NCBI RefSeq assembly: GCF_037042905.1
Contig: NC_087262.1
Location: 5,766,001-5,830,000 of the forward strand
Direction: 5' to 3'
DNA length: 64,000 bases
From: Lytechinus pictus
Taxonomy: Eukaryota
Position numbers and translations under genes: made by a program. Positions within the stretch are counted from its first letter, which is position 1. Each line of letters opens with the position of its first letter. The notes beneath the pieces were generated by a model. The model saw nothing but the letters and a program-made list of their open reading frames with translations, searched no databases and was not told where the DNA came from. Of the stretch, positions 27,260 through 41,406 are shown in pieces.

Positions 27260-28339
27260 GTAAGTCGGTTAATTTTATTCCTGCTTTTTTTTTTTTTTAA
27301 ATATTAAACACTTCTACATCAAGATGATGAATATTGGCCATGGTTTCTCAAAAGTATTGACAGCAATCTGTATTTTGGTAGTTATTGTTCACCATTTATC
27401 TTTGGACAATGATCAAATTGAAAGTGTTTGTAGTCGTTTGAATATACTCCAACCCCATAGCCAGGGTTTTCAATTATCGGGTTTGATTCCTTCTCTTCCT
27501 TTGCTGAAAAATTTTTAAAGAAAAAGATGTCACCGATCAAAATTGCTGGGTACTTCGTCCTTGAAAACTGTTTTCATCCTCTATTTTTTTCTTGCTTTGG
27601 AAAATTTAGAGGGTGATTTTAATCTGTATCAGAGAGATCTAATTCTTACAGGTTTCACAACATCATGCTGTGTTAGAGTACAAAAACTATTCTATTCATC
27701 AATGTGATATTAAAGTTTTTATCTCCATTATATATTACCTAATCTGCCGTATGCTCTAGTGATCAAGAAACAGTTGTACTTTTCATCCCAAGATCATTTA
27801 AATACAGCAAATGTCAAATAATGATGATAAATTGAACCTCTACTGGTAGGTAATTGTGTATTTTTTAGTTGCTAGAGATAAAACTGTATCATTGCAACTG
27901 GAGGGTGTGATTTATGAAGCAATTATCAGTCAGTTTCTCAGTGAATTGTTAAAAGCTATTGAAATCTTTGCTTCTTATTGGAGGAGAGTGAATTTGGTTG
28001 TAAAAAAACAGTGACAAGACAATGATGAGTTCATTCCGAGAGGAGTTGAGTGAAAACGTCTTTCGCATTGGAAGCGTTTGGCTGCTGTTTTTTCTTTTTG
28101 ATTTTTGCTACAATTTAGGCGTTTACAAAGAAAGTAATCAAAATTTTAGAACATTTATCCATCGAGATCATGCATTTGGAATAACATGTACTTTATGAAT
28201 ACGAAACAAATAGAAGTAGAGATGTAATACCTGGTTAGAGAAATTCACATTTCTAACAGTACAGGTTCAATTTATCCCATATTGATAATTATACTTGCTT
28301 ATCTAGCGCGTAACACTTGCCTTATTAGAAGTCTCTATT

Positions 28340-28577
28340 AAAGCGCTCTACAGTAAAGCATCATAATTTACCCTGGCTTTAGCAGGGCAGTTGGTACGTG
28401 CACTGCGTTTCAAGGAATAAATTCCTACCAGGAGACCGACCATTCACCTCACCTGGGTCGAGTGCAGCACAATGTAGGTAAATTTCTTGCTGAAGAAAAC
28501 CTGCCATGGCTTGGAAATCCAACCCACGTCCCTCAGATTGAAAGACGAGAGTCATAACACTAGACCACGACGCCCCC
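28340..28577 (-). mobile_element. tRNA-derived SINE
   Basis: Minus strand reads ggggcgtcgtggtctagtg (A box), then a degenerate B box, then a cactcgacccaggtg central body. Confidence 0.8.
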
Positions 28578-29815
28578 ACATTCCTCTCAAATCATTACAA
28601 AATTCTCTGGGATGATAGGGCAACGGTAAATTTTTTGCGAGACAAATCATGAGAAAAGAGCCACGTAAAATGAGGAAATTTACAACATAAACAAATGTTT
28701 GATATATTTGGCTTCCCATAATCTAAGCACGGAGTTAGATCATGGTCGTAGTTAAACTAGACTTCAGGATACGTGCCCATGACTCTTCATCCCCGAGGAA
28801 TGTATAATGAGTATTTGGTTGCTATCATGCAGCCGACAAATTAATTTAATACCTTAGCCATAGAGCATCGGAAGTCCCCTTTCACTCTTAATGGAGATGT
28901 GATGCACATTCGCTCCCACTCTTAGGATTTATGTTTTGCTCCGATATGCAGCCTAGGGAAATTTACGAACTCCGGACGTTGGATCAGAGACCTTAGACAT
29001 TAGAGAGGTTGGTCCCCAAGACGTCTTGATAGGTTTTTACCAATGCTGGCTGCTAATGCTTCTTTATGGGGGAACCATGGCATCTAGATTGTCGCATCAG
29101 GGGTATGCATGTCGTGAATAGATGAGCCCTCATATCAAACAGGCCCTTAGATGATTTGTACACATGAAATCCTCCCATCATAAACTAAGCCTGCAGCCCT
29201 ACGTTTCAACCATTCTCAGTTTAGAGAAGTAAATCTGATTTTTTTTACTCTTCAGAGCTCTTCTTTAGATAGGATTAATTGAATTGGGAAGCAATTTTTT
29301 CCCTAATTTTTTTATAGCAAAATCGTCCTTTTTCCAGTCAGAAAGATGGAGAGGTTTTGACCTTTATTCGAATCTGTATCACACAGAAAGAATGGGTGCG
29401 AGAGAGGGCTCAAGCAAAATAGACAGGGAAGGGGAGAAGGAAGGGGGCAAGGGGGGAGGGATGAGAGGCAATTTCTTTTTGTTTATTTTAACTCTCATAA
29501 TTTCATAAGCTAACTTTCAGAATTCATGTATAGCTTGAGGATCATTTTCATTTTTTTGGACCAAATGGGATGAATTATTCAACAAACCTTCACAAATCCC
29601 AGGATGGAATGGTCCTGTTGTTGGGAAATGAATAGTATATGCACACTTTTTTATGTATGATATAACATTTGAATTTTAAAGCCATTTAAGCCATCAGTAA
29701 CTTGTTCTTCTCTTGTTTATGTGGGTGGGGCTTGTAAAAGATTAACATTTATGCATTTTCTGAGTGCGATTTGGGCCCCATGAATTGTTACATCGATATT
29801 TGTGGTGGTAACTAC

Positions 29816-31622
29816 TAAGCCTGAGTCATATCGATTATTTTGAAAACCGGTGTTCGACAGCTTTAATTCGATCGAACATCGATGCATCGAAATTTGAAGG
29901 CGGGGAAAATCGAGTCATTTTTTTTGCTCCGGCCGGCCGTCGATGCATGCGCTATGCATGCACTACATGCACTGACGGTCTGCGCTGGCCGCGCCGGGTG
30001 AGCGTTGCAAAAGCAGATGACAGAGCAAAGTTCGTTTGTATTTTCCATGATCACAAAACACAAAAAAGGCCGGGGGCAATGCAGAATTCTTCCCAAAATA
30101 TCTTCAACAATGATATTTGCAGATGATAACATATAAGTTTAAAATGAAACAATATTAAAGACATGAATCACGCAGAGTCGATCCGAATGATTTTCGGTCA
30201 ACTAGCATTCGCAGTCCAGCCTCGCACAAACCAGCCCCGTCCGCGTCCCCGTTCACTCACTCTCCCGAAACGACAGGCATGCTTGCCAGCGCCATCTGTG
30301 CAAACAGCGGGGAGAGCGCTGTAACTTGCCTGAGATTGTGTAGTTGGCGGGGTAGTTGGATCCAAAATTAGCTCCAAATAAATTGATGGAAATAAATACG
30401 TAATTTTCTCTGGATGGTCATTTGAATTGGTATTCAATGCTGATATATAACGATTGTGAGGAAAGATTGGAAAATATGAGTTCTGACGATGTTCGAGACT
30501 TAATCCTGATAATGATAATCCATTTATTTTAGACACAAGAGCTTGTGATCGAAATAAATACGAATGTCTCGGATCGAGCTCTAACTTCATATAAATTATT
30601 ATTGGATGTAAAATAATTACGATTTAATAAGATTTTATGGCCATACTAAAAATATTGACGATGTCAGCAAAGTATGTTATGTTCATATGGAAGAATTAAT
30701 AGTATTATACTGGCATTATTTTTATTTTTTATTCCATCTCTGGACGTCTCCGCGCTCCGAGATAAGAAGCACAATGCGCATGCGCGTTCGATGACGTCTG
30801 ACATATTTTCCATTCATGAAATCAGAGCCCAAAGTTGGGCACAAACAAGCTTCAAATTGATGGGAAAAAATATCAAATGTAATTTTTCTCTGTTGTGTCA
30901 TGTAAAATATTATTATATGGTGATATTACGATCATCAAAAGAGTTTCTACATGTTGACAATGTTCGATAATCAATCCTGACGTGTAATTATTTTTTTAGA
31001 CAAGTGCGATTCCACTCACTCAAGTCGATCGTCATGTGATGTCCGCCATTGAAAATTGAAACGAAATACAAACGTTTCACATCAAGCTCTAAATTCATAT
31101 TAATGATTATCATATGCAAATTATTGTTAAATATTACGATTAAATCATGTTCTATGGTCATGATATTAATATTGTTCATGAAAGCAAGATTTACTTTTAT
31201 ACGTTGATCGCATCCATTTTCCGGCCATTTTCTGATTTGATTAAAGCACAGTACTGCGCATGCACGAACAATGGCGACTTGTACTTCCATTCATAAATTC
31301 ATCGTGCATAAATTATCTCGGCACGAGCAGACGAGCCGTGCAGACGAGTAAGACTCGAACTATGATCGAAATAAACTTCAAATTAATGGTGAATAGGCAT
31401 CATAATTACACAATCCGTTTCATTTTGGGGGCAATATAAATGAAGTAAGTAGTAGTCGAGACGGATATTACTGTTTATTTTGATGTTTGATTGTGTGAAC
31501 CAAATGAATCGGCCGGCCGACGTATTTTTTTTTTTTTCGATGCACCGATTTTGCAAAATCTGCATCGGCGTTCAATGACATCGATCGAACACCGATTTTA
31601 AAATCGATTCGACTCAGGCTTA
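29816..31622 (-). mobile_element. Non-autonomous hAT-like DNA transposon, copy 2 (1807 bp), inverted relative to copy 1
   Basis: Reverse complement of 4925-6696 along its full length. 8-bp TSD gtaactac at 29808-29815 and 31623-31630. Confidence 0.93.
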
Positions 31623-31644
31623 GTAACTACTGTACATGGTAACA

Positions 31645-32298
31645 GCCTTGTAATTGTGCAACAACAATGTAATTATGCAACAACCTATTTGTTTATGCAC
31701 CAACCATGTAATTGTACATGTAATTGTGCAACAACCTATGTTAATTGTGCAACAACCATGTAATTGTGCAACAACCATGTAATTGTGCAACAACCATGTA
31801 ATTATGCAACAACCATATAATTATGCAACAAGTAATTGTGCAACAACCATGCAATTGTGCAACAAACTGTTAATTATGCAACAACCATGTAATTATGCAA
31901 CAACCATGTAATAATGCAACAACCTTGTGATTATGCAACAACCATGTCATTGTACAACAACAATGTAATTATGCAACAACCATGTAATTATGCAACAACC
32001 TATGTAATTATGCACCAACCATGTAATTGTACAACAACCATGTAATTGTGCAACAACCTACATGTATGTTAATTATGCAACTACCATGTAATTATGCAAC
32101 AACCTATGTAATTCTGTAACAACCATGTAATTGTGCAACAACCTATGTTAATTATGCACCAACCTTGTAATTGTGCAACAACCATTTAATTGTGCAACAA
32201 CCATGTAATTGTGCAACAACCTATGTTAATTTTGCAACAACCATGTAATTTTGCAACAACCATGTAATTTTGCAACAACCCATGTTAATTATGCAACG
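31645..32298. repeat. Minisatellite, ~19-21-bp unit caacaaccatgtaatt(g/a)tg, about 30 copies
   Basis: Direct inspection. Confidence 0.95.
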
Positions 32299-32376
32299 AG
32301 CATTTAAAATCAAGGTTTCCACGAACTCATTGATGGCAAATTATTAAGAGGTTCACGCAACAATCTTTATCGCTGA

Positions 32377-32589
<213 letters not shown>

Positions 32590-34506
32590 TAATCTCTATG
32601 AGTCCAAGTTAATATTTTTCACATTTATTGAATGAAAATTGTAACCCATTCAAGACTTCAGTGCTTGTTCCAAACAACCTATAAAGTGGAAGAGGTTCCA
32701 TTTATAGACTTTTATGTTGTGTCAAGTCAGTTGATGAAGTAGAGTAAGTCCCACATATAATATTTCATGGTGTGTTATGTTTCTGTAGAGTACTAGTAGA
32801 TTAAAATGACAAACTCTTGTGTACAATACAACAGGAAATATCAGAATTTACCAATATTTTACTAGAAATTCCCTCCTACATCTGCAAAAATGTGTCAAGG
32901 AGAGACTTAATAAACTGACCTGTCTTTATATTTTTATGTTAACCACATCTAAAATAGGAGGAAAAAAACAAAATAAAACAAATATCAAAACCAAAACCAA
33001 GAAAATAACCCCACACCGAGGGTTTAACAGGAAAACGGAAGCCAGCTCGTGGGTTTAATCATCGATCAGAATTGCAGGTTTTCATGTGCGGTTGGTAATC
33101 ACCGAGGCATGCAATGCAATGTGCCGAACTCCCAGCAGTCATGCTCATTCATGGGTTCATTTTGAACATAGCCACAGCAAACACGGGAACCCATCTGTCT
33201 CGCCGGACTCATTAACAAGCCAATAACCATGCAAAAATATGTCTGATATATAAGTTATAAAGTAATTACAGTCTTTTGATTGCACCAGTGTCCTATAGTT
33301 CCCACAGGACAGTGTGTTTAATTCGTAACATGTCAGTCTCTTTCCACTTTTCCTCCAAATCTGTCGGTCGTTCTTTCCAAAATTGGCAATTTATATCACT
33401 TTTCAGCCCTCCCTATTTGGATGAATGTAAAAATGTGTAAGGAAGAAACATACATGACAGGAAAGCATGAATTTTTGGATAACATTGCCAGTTCATACAA
33501 GAAAAAAAAAATCTTGTTTGTAACTCAACTCTTAATATATCACTTATATTTAATCTCCTCCCACTTGGATTACTCTGATGCTTAAATTCCACTTATCTCT
33601 ACATCCTATTTTGTGCAGTAAAAATCAAATGATTTCTGTAACCTCAAATAAGGATTGAACATTGGAAGTGTTGCAGATCTTAATTCAATTCAATTCAATT
33701 CATTTTATTGTCATGTATAAAAAACACAAAAATGTTCCTGATCTTGTTGTATATCAGTGTATGGAATGGACCAGTTCCCTTCAAACATTAATCTGCTTGT
33801 ATCAAGAATAAAGGAGGAGATGTATATTTCACCAGAAACTGTGCAATGTTACAAATATTAGATAATAGTCTTTCAACACATGCTTACATTTATTTATTTT
33901 TCTTTTATTTATGAGATGGCAACATTTATTACTTCATGTCGTCTGCATAGTATAGAACAAATCAATGAGCCTTTTCTATTTGTATTTATTCCTTTGTGAT
34001 TAATACGAGCTCCATTTACTTAAATTTACTTAAATTTTTAATTCATTATTATTTTTTTTTTTGGGGGGGGGGTCAAATGTTTAATTATTCTGTTTGATTT
34101 TTAATGAATGAATTAAGATTTTGTTTCAATGTCAGGCAACCTGCTGGTGAAGTGAAAGAACCCACAAAAATATAAAATGAAGGTTTCGCAAACATTCATT
34201 ACAAAATAACGCATTTATGGATTTTCCGATTTTTTTTCTTCTGATGTCACATGAGATCAAAAGCCCAGAAAATGCTGATATCTTTGAAATTGAAAATTAT
34301 TTTATCTTTGCAATTTATATATCATCTTGCACATTTTTTCATACATTTGGTAATGGTAATTGTATGACATCATGAACCATTGAAGAAAGAGGACATTTTT
34401 GGATTTCATATTACTTGGTACTAAGTATATGGAGCATCGCTCACATGTAATGTCACAAAATAAAAAATGAATAACTGTGTTTTTCTCTGATGGATGTCTG
34501 TCAAAG

Positions 34507-34656
34507 CTTTGTTAAGTCTTTCTTTCATTTTCTTGTATCAAAATTAACTTAAATTGTATTGAACTTGATATTAAGGTGAAGTCTTTGTTAAGTCTTTCTT
34601 TCATTTTCTTGTATCAAAATTAACTTAAATTGTATTGAACTTGATATTAAGGTGAA
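34507..34656. repeat. Near-perfect 76-bp tandem duplication upstream of the 34744 exon
   Basis: ctttgttaagtctttctttc...ttaaggtgaa at 34507 and 34583. Confidence 0.9.
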
Positions 34657-34706
34657 TTTCCCCTTCAAAGCTACCGGTACTTATTTTTAGTGTGACATAA
34701 TGATAA

Positions 34707-34940
<234 letters not shown>

Positions 34941-35222
34941 TGATCCGATCAAGCTCAAGCATATGGAAATCCATCAATGTCATAATTTTTTCTTCAGGAA
35001 ATTTGTACAATGTCCCTTGTAAACAAAGAGAAGCATACTGAATTTCCAAGAAAAATATGAATGTATGAATATACATATTTAGAAAATATTTTGAACAAAC
35101 ATGTGTATTAGATGTTGATGTTGCTGGCTTTCCATAGATATTAATGATTGGATCAACCATAATTCTTTGTAAGATGGGGCCTGGTTCCACAACATTTTGC
35201 ACCCCTTTCCAGTTCTGGGGTT

Positions 35223-35379
35223 ATACCTAAGTCACATTTGCTATACGGCGGTCGTACTGCGAGTCGAAAACAGCTGTTTTGACATTTTTTGTACCGGCTA
35301 CATATTTGAATAAAAATGAATAAAATGGATGTGTTCGACTTGCCATACGGTCGCCGTAGAGCAAATGTGACTGAGGTAT
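35223..35379. mobile_element. Palindromic MITE
   Basis: atacct.agtcacatttgct / agcaaatgtgactgaggtat TIRs. Confidence 0.8.
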
Positions 35380-35631
35380 TAGGGTTTAGAAATATGTTTT
35401 AGGGTATTCAGTATAAGTGTGAGGATAAAGATTTGGAACAGTCCTGGGGGCCGTTTCATAAAGCTGTTGGTAAGTTAAGAGCGACTTTAAGAACGACTGT
35501 TGATCCTTTCTTATGCGCTAAACCATCGCCAATGAATATACCATTTACTATAAATAAGGATCACCAGTCGTTCTTAAAGTCGCTCTTAACTTACGAACAG
35601 CTTTATGAAACACCTATCTGGGCTTGGGTTG

Positions 35632-36030
35632 GTTTCACACAGTCTTTTCCGTTCGTCGGTGAAAAGGGTAGTCGTTCAATCCATTCAGTGGTCCAACATT
35701 TTGGTTCCATGAGAGTTAGCCCTCTCTGCTCACCTTTCGGTCTTTCCTAAGATTTCAGGTTAGGATTAGAGAGGATATAGATTAGGCACCATCTTGGGTT
35801 TTAGGTCGGTTTCACACAGTCGTTACCATTCGTCTGTGAAAAAGGTAGGCCTCTGATCAAACAATTTATTAAGTGACTCAACATGTTGATCCTCCCACAG
35901 TTCTCCCATTTCAGTTACATATGGAGTGCAATGTTCATGTTCAGGTTGGCAACTCAAGAGTTATAAGGGTTTTCCATTTAGAATATCATGAGGGGATAGA
36001 TTAGGCACAGTCAAATCTTGGTTTTAGGTT
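35632..36030 (+). repeat. Two degenerate tandem copies of the 34744-34869 exon 3' end plus donor and intron start
   Basis: ttcacacagtcttttccgttcgtcggtgaaaagg|gtag and ttcacacagtcgttaccattcgtctgtgaaaaag|gtaggc versus the exon's ttcacatggtcattaccgttcgtcggtgaaaagg|gtaggc. Confidence 0.88.
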
Positions 36031-36088
36031 ACAGACAGGTGGAGATACAATCCACTAGTTAACAAATTTCTATTTTCCCTCCACGCAG

Positions 36089-36166
36089 TAACGGAAATGC
36101 TGGTCTCGATTCTCAACATCTGCTCTGACGACGAGCTCCTCTCGGACGGAGACGATACATTTGAAG
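36089..36166 (+). CDS. PPP3CA: Calcineurin A exon (VTEMLVSILNICSDDELLSDGDDTFE), 78 nt; end of CnB-binding helix
   Basis: ccacgcag acceptor, GAAG|gtaggc donor, phase 1-1. Confidence 0.96.
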
Positions 36167-38394
36167 GTAGGCACCCGACCTTCCACCCAGGTCAAAGGTC
36201 AAATATTGCACGTTTCCTCCCCGACCCTCTTCCTTCTCCCTCGCCCTTTGGAATGTTCCCTCCTTTACCCCGTATTGGTTAACACATACTTGATGTCATT
36301 CTCCTCTCCGCCCCTCCTCCTTGGATCTTAAGATTGCGCATGTGTCTTATCAGCATGTGTAGCGCACTTTGTACCACTTACGTTGGGAATCTGTGGACAC
36401 ACCAAATCGATGTGTAACACTTTAGTTCGTAGAAATCACTGGGAAGGAGTCCTCGGATGGAACACATTGTCTACTGGGGTGGGATGATTCAGTTGTATTA
36501 GAATAAAAATTGTAAAATAAAAGCCCCTGTAGGATTGTTAATAGACTGAATTGTTTCCGGCCATGTGGAGTGGGGATGGAGGATGCCAATAAAGTTAAGG
36601 ATTAAGTAATCGGTACTTGCCATTTCCTGGAAATATGAAACATTCCATATTTGAGTGGAGACTACCTCATTGCTCCTAAGCGGATGAAACGATGCTGTCG
36701 AAATGATGTATGGTATGGGTTATTCATGAAGTATTCCTATGTATAATTCGTCTGACGATGCCATGAATGATGATGCCTTAAAAAGAAATAATTCCAAGAG
36801 TATTCCTTAAAGCCTGTCTAAATTGAAATCCATCATTCATAAGACGCTTTTATTTGCTCTATACCAATAGTCGATCAAAACATTTTTCTTTCATTGACGC
36901 GATAAAGGAAGCAATGTATGCCTCCTGTCGAATCCAATCGAGGATAACCCATCGGGCTGTGTTTGATTATAGAATTAAATTTACGATTAATGGCGAAGAT
37001 TGAGCATCGTGTAATTTGATCGTATATGTTACTATGATTAATTTTTTATTGTCGTTATGATCAATCTATGCACCTTGCCACGTGCCTCTTGCATTTTAAA
37101 GCACATTCCTATTAACACGTTTCAGGTTTAATCTTTCCTCATTCTTTCGTTTTCAGAGTTTAACATTGTTGTTTTTGCTTGTCCCTCCTTGAAGCCAATA
37201 TTGTTAATCAGTCTTTGGAGAGAAAAAATGAAGGCGATGGGGGACAGTGTAGTATGCGTTCATTATTTTTTTCATTAATTTTATTTTTCAAAGAGTTTCT
37301 TATTTTTTTATATTTCACTTGTAACATTATGTTTCGTACTGTTCTTTTGTTTAACACATTCTTATTCTAGTTTGGTTCAAAATATGGAAATATGGCAGCT
37401 TTTGGATTTAGAGAAGTTATTGCTAAGCCCGAGTCCACTCTTTGAAATAAATCTGTTATCAGAATGACAGGAGGGGAAGTTGTCGTAAGGACCAATAATC
37501 ACCAAAAAATATTTAAAGACAAACAATGCTTCGCTTAACCCCCTCATATAATCAGAGTAATTATCAAATGCAACTTCACTCTTAAGTTTATACACAAGGC
37601 ACTCACATATATCCCCCCCCCTATTTTTTGATATCTCCAACGACAAACATTGTAAATCTCAGACACTTTAATAAACGACTAACAATCAATCGCACTGCAA
37701 TGAAATTGAGAGAACAGGGTCATATCTTTTATCTGAATGGTAGGGTATGGTCGTCAACATCATTTTTCCCCCTTGGAATGTTCTCTGTTTTGGCAAAGCC
37801 ATTGAGAATCGAAGTATCAGCTTCATCAATATTCATAGGTGTTAGCACAAATGTGTTTTGTGAGATATGGTTGATCCAACCGATCTAAATTATGGAAAGC
37901 CAGAAAGTCCAATATCTAAACTGCATATATATCTGTTCAACGTGTTTTCTCGATATTATGCATAGGCCTACTTCTGCAAGCATCAATGTCTTGACAAATT
38001 ATTGTCCCCAGCAATTCCAAAAGGACACTTTTCCTTTTCAAAGAATCATGACATTGATGGATTTCCATACTTGAGTTTGATTGGATCGGTCACAACTCCA
38101 TGAAAGACCAAGACATGATGTTGTACATTTGAATATTAGTTTGTTGTATGGGGGAGGAATTGGAAGAATCAGGGATAACAAATGAGTATGAATGCCTGTG
38201 GATTTGGTGTACACCTCAATATGAATGAATTATGACTCGTGATTGTCATTCAAAATGGCGCAAGTCTAATGATGGGATAAATTGTAGGGATAAAAGAAAT
38301 TTGCTTACTATGTTTTGTACGAACATGTGAAAAAGGGATATGATAATGTATGTTGCTTTGAAAATTAAGATAAATACCCATTTTTAAAAGAGGG

Positions 38395-38785
38395 TTAAGC
38401 CCAGCGCACACTTTGCGATTCGTTGCGATCCGATTTTGAAAGAAATTATAATAACATTGATATAAACATTCCAACCAATAAAATGTTAGCGATCAGAGAT
38501 AAGAATAGTGGTAAGACTACTGAAATCAAAATTCAGTCTAGTTCGAGCCTCCCTGTAGGAATAAGAGCAAATTGCAATGACGTCATCGGCTGCGATTTGA
38601 AGCTGATTTGGACATTACTCCGACAACCGGGCTTGCCGCAAAGCAAAGTAATGACTTTATTATTCCTTACAATATGCCGAACTTCAAATAAAGAAACATT
38701 TCTGGGAACTTTCATATTTGATACAAAAATATGATTTATCAAAAAATTGCATCGTATCGAATCGCATAGTGTGCGCTGGGCTTAA
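38395..38785. mobile_element. MITE with ttaagcccagcgcacact / agtgtgcgctgggcttaa termini
   Basis: Perfect 18-bp terminal inverted match. Confidence 0.88.
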
Positions 38786-39529
38786 TTGATAGCTTTTCAT
38801 TACTTGATTTTCATTGAAATGGCACTTGGTTCCTTTTGGAACAGAAGCTTTTAAATGCATCTCTTGACTTTAATTCAATGTGATATTAAAGAAGGAGGGG
38901 GTGGGGACGGGTGAGAAGTAATGGATTTCATTCACAACCACAAAACGAGCATGATCAATAGCATGCGGCAGGTTGGTTTATTCAAGACAAACCACGCGAG
39001 GTTTTTCGGTGTATCGACCGTTAACATTCTATCAATATATTGATGTCTCAATTCATCCTAAGCATGATACTGTATCCTGTTAATCAAGACTCTTTTATCT
39101 GTATTCGTGTCATTGTATTCTAATCATTTGCCTTTTCTTCCCCCTCACCCATTTTTTCCCCCTTTCTTTTTTTTTCTTCAAAACTACCCCATGAAATTAA
39201 TTCCCGTGATGGCATATTTGACGGTTGGGTGTGATTTTCCTTCCAATCTATACTTATCAACGAAAATAACTTTTGTGTGGATTCGTTTGGACTTTTTAAC
39301 GTATTATTTGGATGCCATTTTCGTATAACATCATCTGACCTTCTCAAATCTCAAATTTATGAGCCATAATTCACTTAATCTAAACTTAAAACAAATCATT
39401 CAATTACTCGATGGACTGCTCCCCACCTGTCTAATCCTGACCCAATGGCAAATTGATCCTTGCCAACAACCTCTGGAATTATAAAATTAAAATATAAAAA
39501 ACAAATGGATTTAAAAAAAAACATGCCAG

Positions 39530-39580
39530 GTCTATACAAAGACAAAAATAAAGTCAAAACTCAAGTAGTGCAAAGGAATG
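39530..39580 (+). CDS. PPP3CA: Candidate 51-nt alternative cassette exon (GLYKDKNKVKTQVVQRN)
   Basis: Phase 1-1, no stop, ATG|gtaagt donor. The cag acceptor follows a 439-nt stretch containing a single AG, with a distant ctaat branch point and pyrimidine tract. No adjacent polypyrimidine tract. Confidence 0.55.
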
Positions 39581-40628
39581 GTAAGTTTGTAAGGTCGTTG
39601 ACCCCTCTTGAGGTCGTTGACCTTTTTATCTTACAACGTGTGCCTAACATAGTTGATATTTACATCATGGCACTGATATATATATACTCGGAAAGCAGCG
39701 TGTTGTGTGAATTTGACCCATTCCTTTTACTAACAACTGACCAACAATATTGAAGTGGCCTCTTTAATATATGGTGAAGCTAACTCACCGGATGATAAAT
39801 ATTACCTTTGAATACTAAATTAGGACATTTATTAAAAAGATTGTGTGGGATAGAGGGGATATTGTATCAATGCTGTGTATGAAATTGAGAGAGAAGAAAC
39901 AGGGAAAAGATTTTGCCATATTTGCATACAGCATTGAGTAGAGTTGATTTTGTGAACAAGGTACTAGTATATAAATTAAATTGTGTCTTTTGAAAGTTGC
40001 GTACAGGAAGTCTTGAATCCTGTTGAATGCATTACTCTATTTGAAGCAATTTTATCGTCTTTTTGGAGTCATGATACATGTAGTTCCAGGGTCCTTATTT
40101 TAAAAGTATTTCATATTTCCCCTGGCAATATTATAAACATTTTACTTTGTCTAAGATTTTTTATATTTAGTATAATAATACTTCATTAATTCTAGAGTGT
40201 ATGATTTTGCATTGATATGTCAGTCATGGTATTTTGTATAAAAGACTAAGAAATATTCCTTAAATAAGATATGAAATAAGGCTCTGATAGTTTTTAACTG
40301 ATTCAGATGATGTTTAAAACTAGATATATACAGAAGTTGTTTAAAAAAAATTATGTCGAGCTTAAATTCTCTTCACTTCACAAAGATGACCTTTTATTGG
40401 GTTAAGTATTTCAGTAGGTTCGTATTTATTCTTATTCCCATTTCTCTCTGTTCTCCCCCTAATGTTCTTTCTATCCCTTCTATTTCTTTGCCTTTCCCTT
40501 ACTTGTTATTTCTCCCTCCCTCCTCTCTTCAACATTCTCCTCCCCTCTCTCTCTTTATCATTCCCGCTCCTCTATCCCTTTCTTCTTTTCTCTCTCATCT
40601 TTTACTCTTTCTCTATCCCTCCCCCTCT

Positions 40629-41135
40629 NNNNNNNNNNNNNNNNNNNNNNNNNNNNNNNNNNNNNNNNNNNNNNNNNNNNNNNNNNNNNNNNNNNNNNNN
40701 NNNNNNNNNNNNNNNNNNNNNNNNNNNNNNNNNNNNNNNNNNNNNNNNNNNNNNNNNNNNNNNNNNNNNNNNNNNNNNNNNNNNNNNNNNNNNNNNNNNN
40801 NNNNNNNNNNNNNNNNNNNNNNNNNNNNNNNNNNNNNNNNNNNNNNNNNNNNNNNNNNNNNNNNNNNNNNNNNNNNNNNNNNNNNNNNNNNNNNNNNNNN
40901 NNNNNNNNNNNNNNNNNNNNNNNNNNNNNNNNNNNNNNNNNNNNNNNNNNNNNNNNNNNNNNNNNNNNNNNNNNNNNNNNNNNNNNNNNNNNNNNNNNNN
41001 NNNNNNNNNNNNNNNNNNNNNNNNNNNNNNNNNNNNNNNNNNNNNNNNNNNNNNNNNNNNNNNNNNNNNNNNNNNNNNNNNNNNNNNNNNNNNNNNNNNN
41101 NNNNNNNNNNNNNNNNNNNNNNNNNNNNNNNNNNN
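40629..41135. other. Assembly gap within a CT-rich low-complexity tract
   Basis: N characters. Confidence 1.
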
Positions 41136-41406
41136 CTTCCCCTCTCTTTCTATCGCGTCTCCCTCCACCTCCTCACACTGAAGTATCTGTGTCTTTTTAA
41201 TCTTCTGTCCTCCCGCACCTCGAGTCACATCTGACCTTTATTATGGTTCTGTATCTGCTTTTATTTCTTATATCCGTACCTCTTTGTCAGTCTGTCAGTC
41301 TTCTCCACCCCCTGTCTGGCCCTCTTATCCCGGAGAATCATGTGTCTATCTTTCTCTTTTTACAAATGATCTGTTCATACATGACTCTCTCCCCCTCTCT
41401 TTTATT

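Noticed and set aside
31645-32298. Short regular repeats (also 63400-63888) as CRISPR-like arrays
   Set aside because: Head-to-tail units without unique spacers, in a eukaryotic intron with no cas genes.
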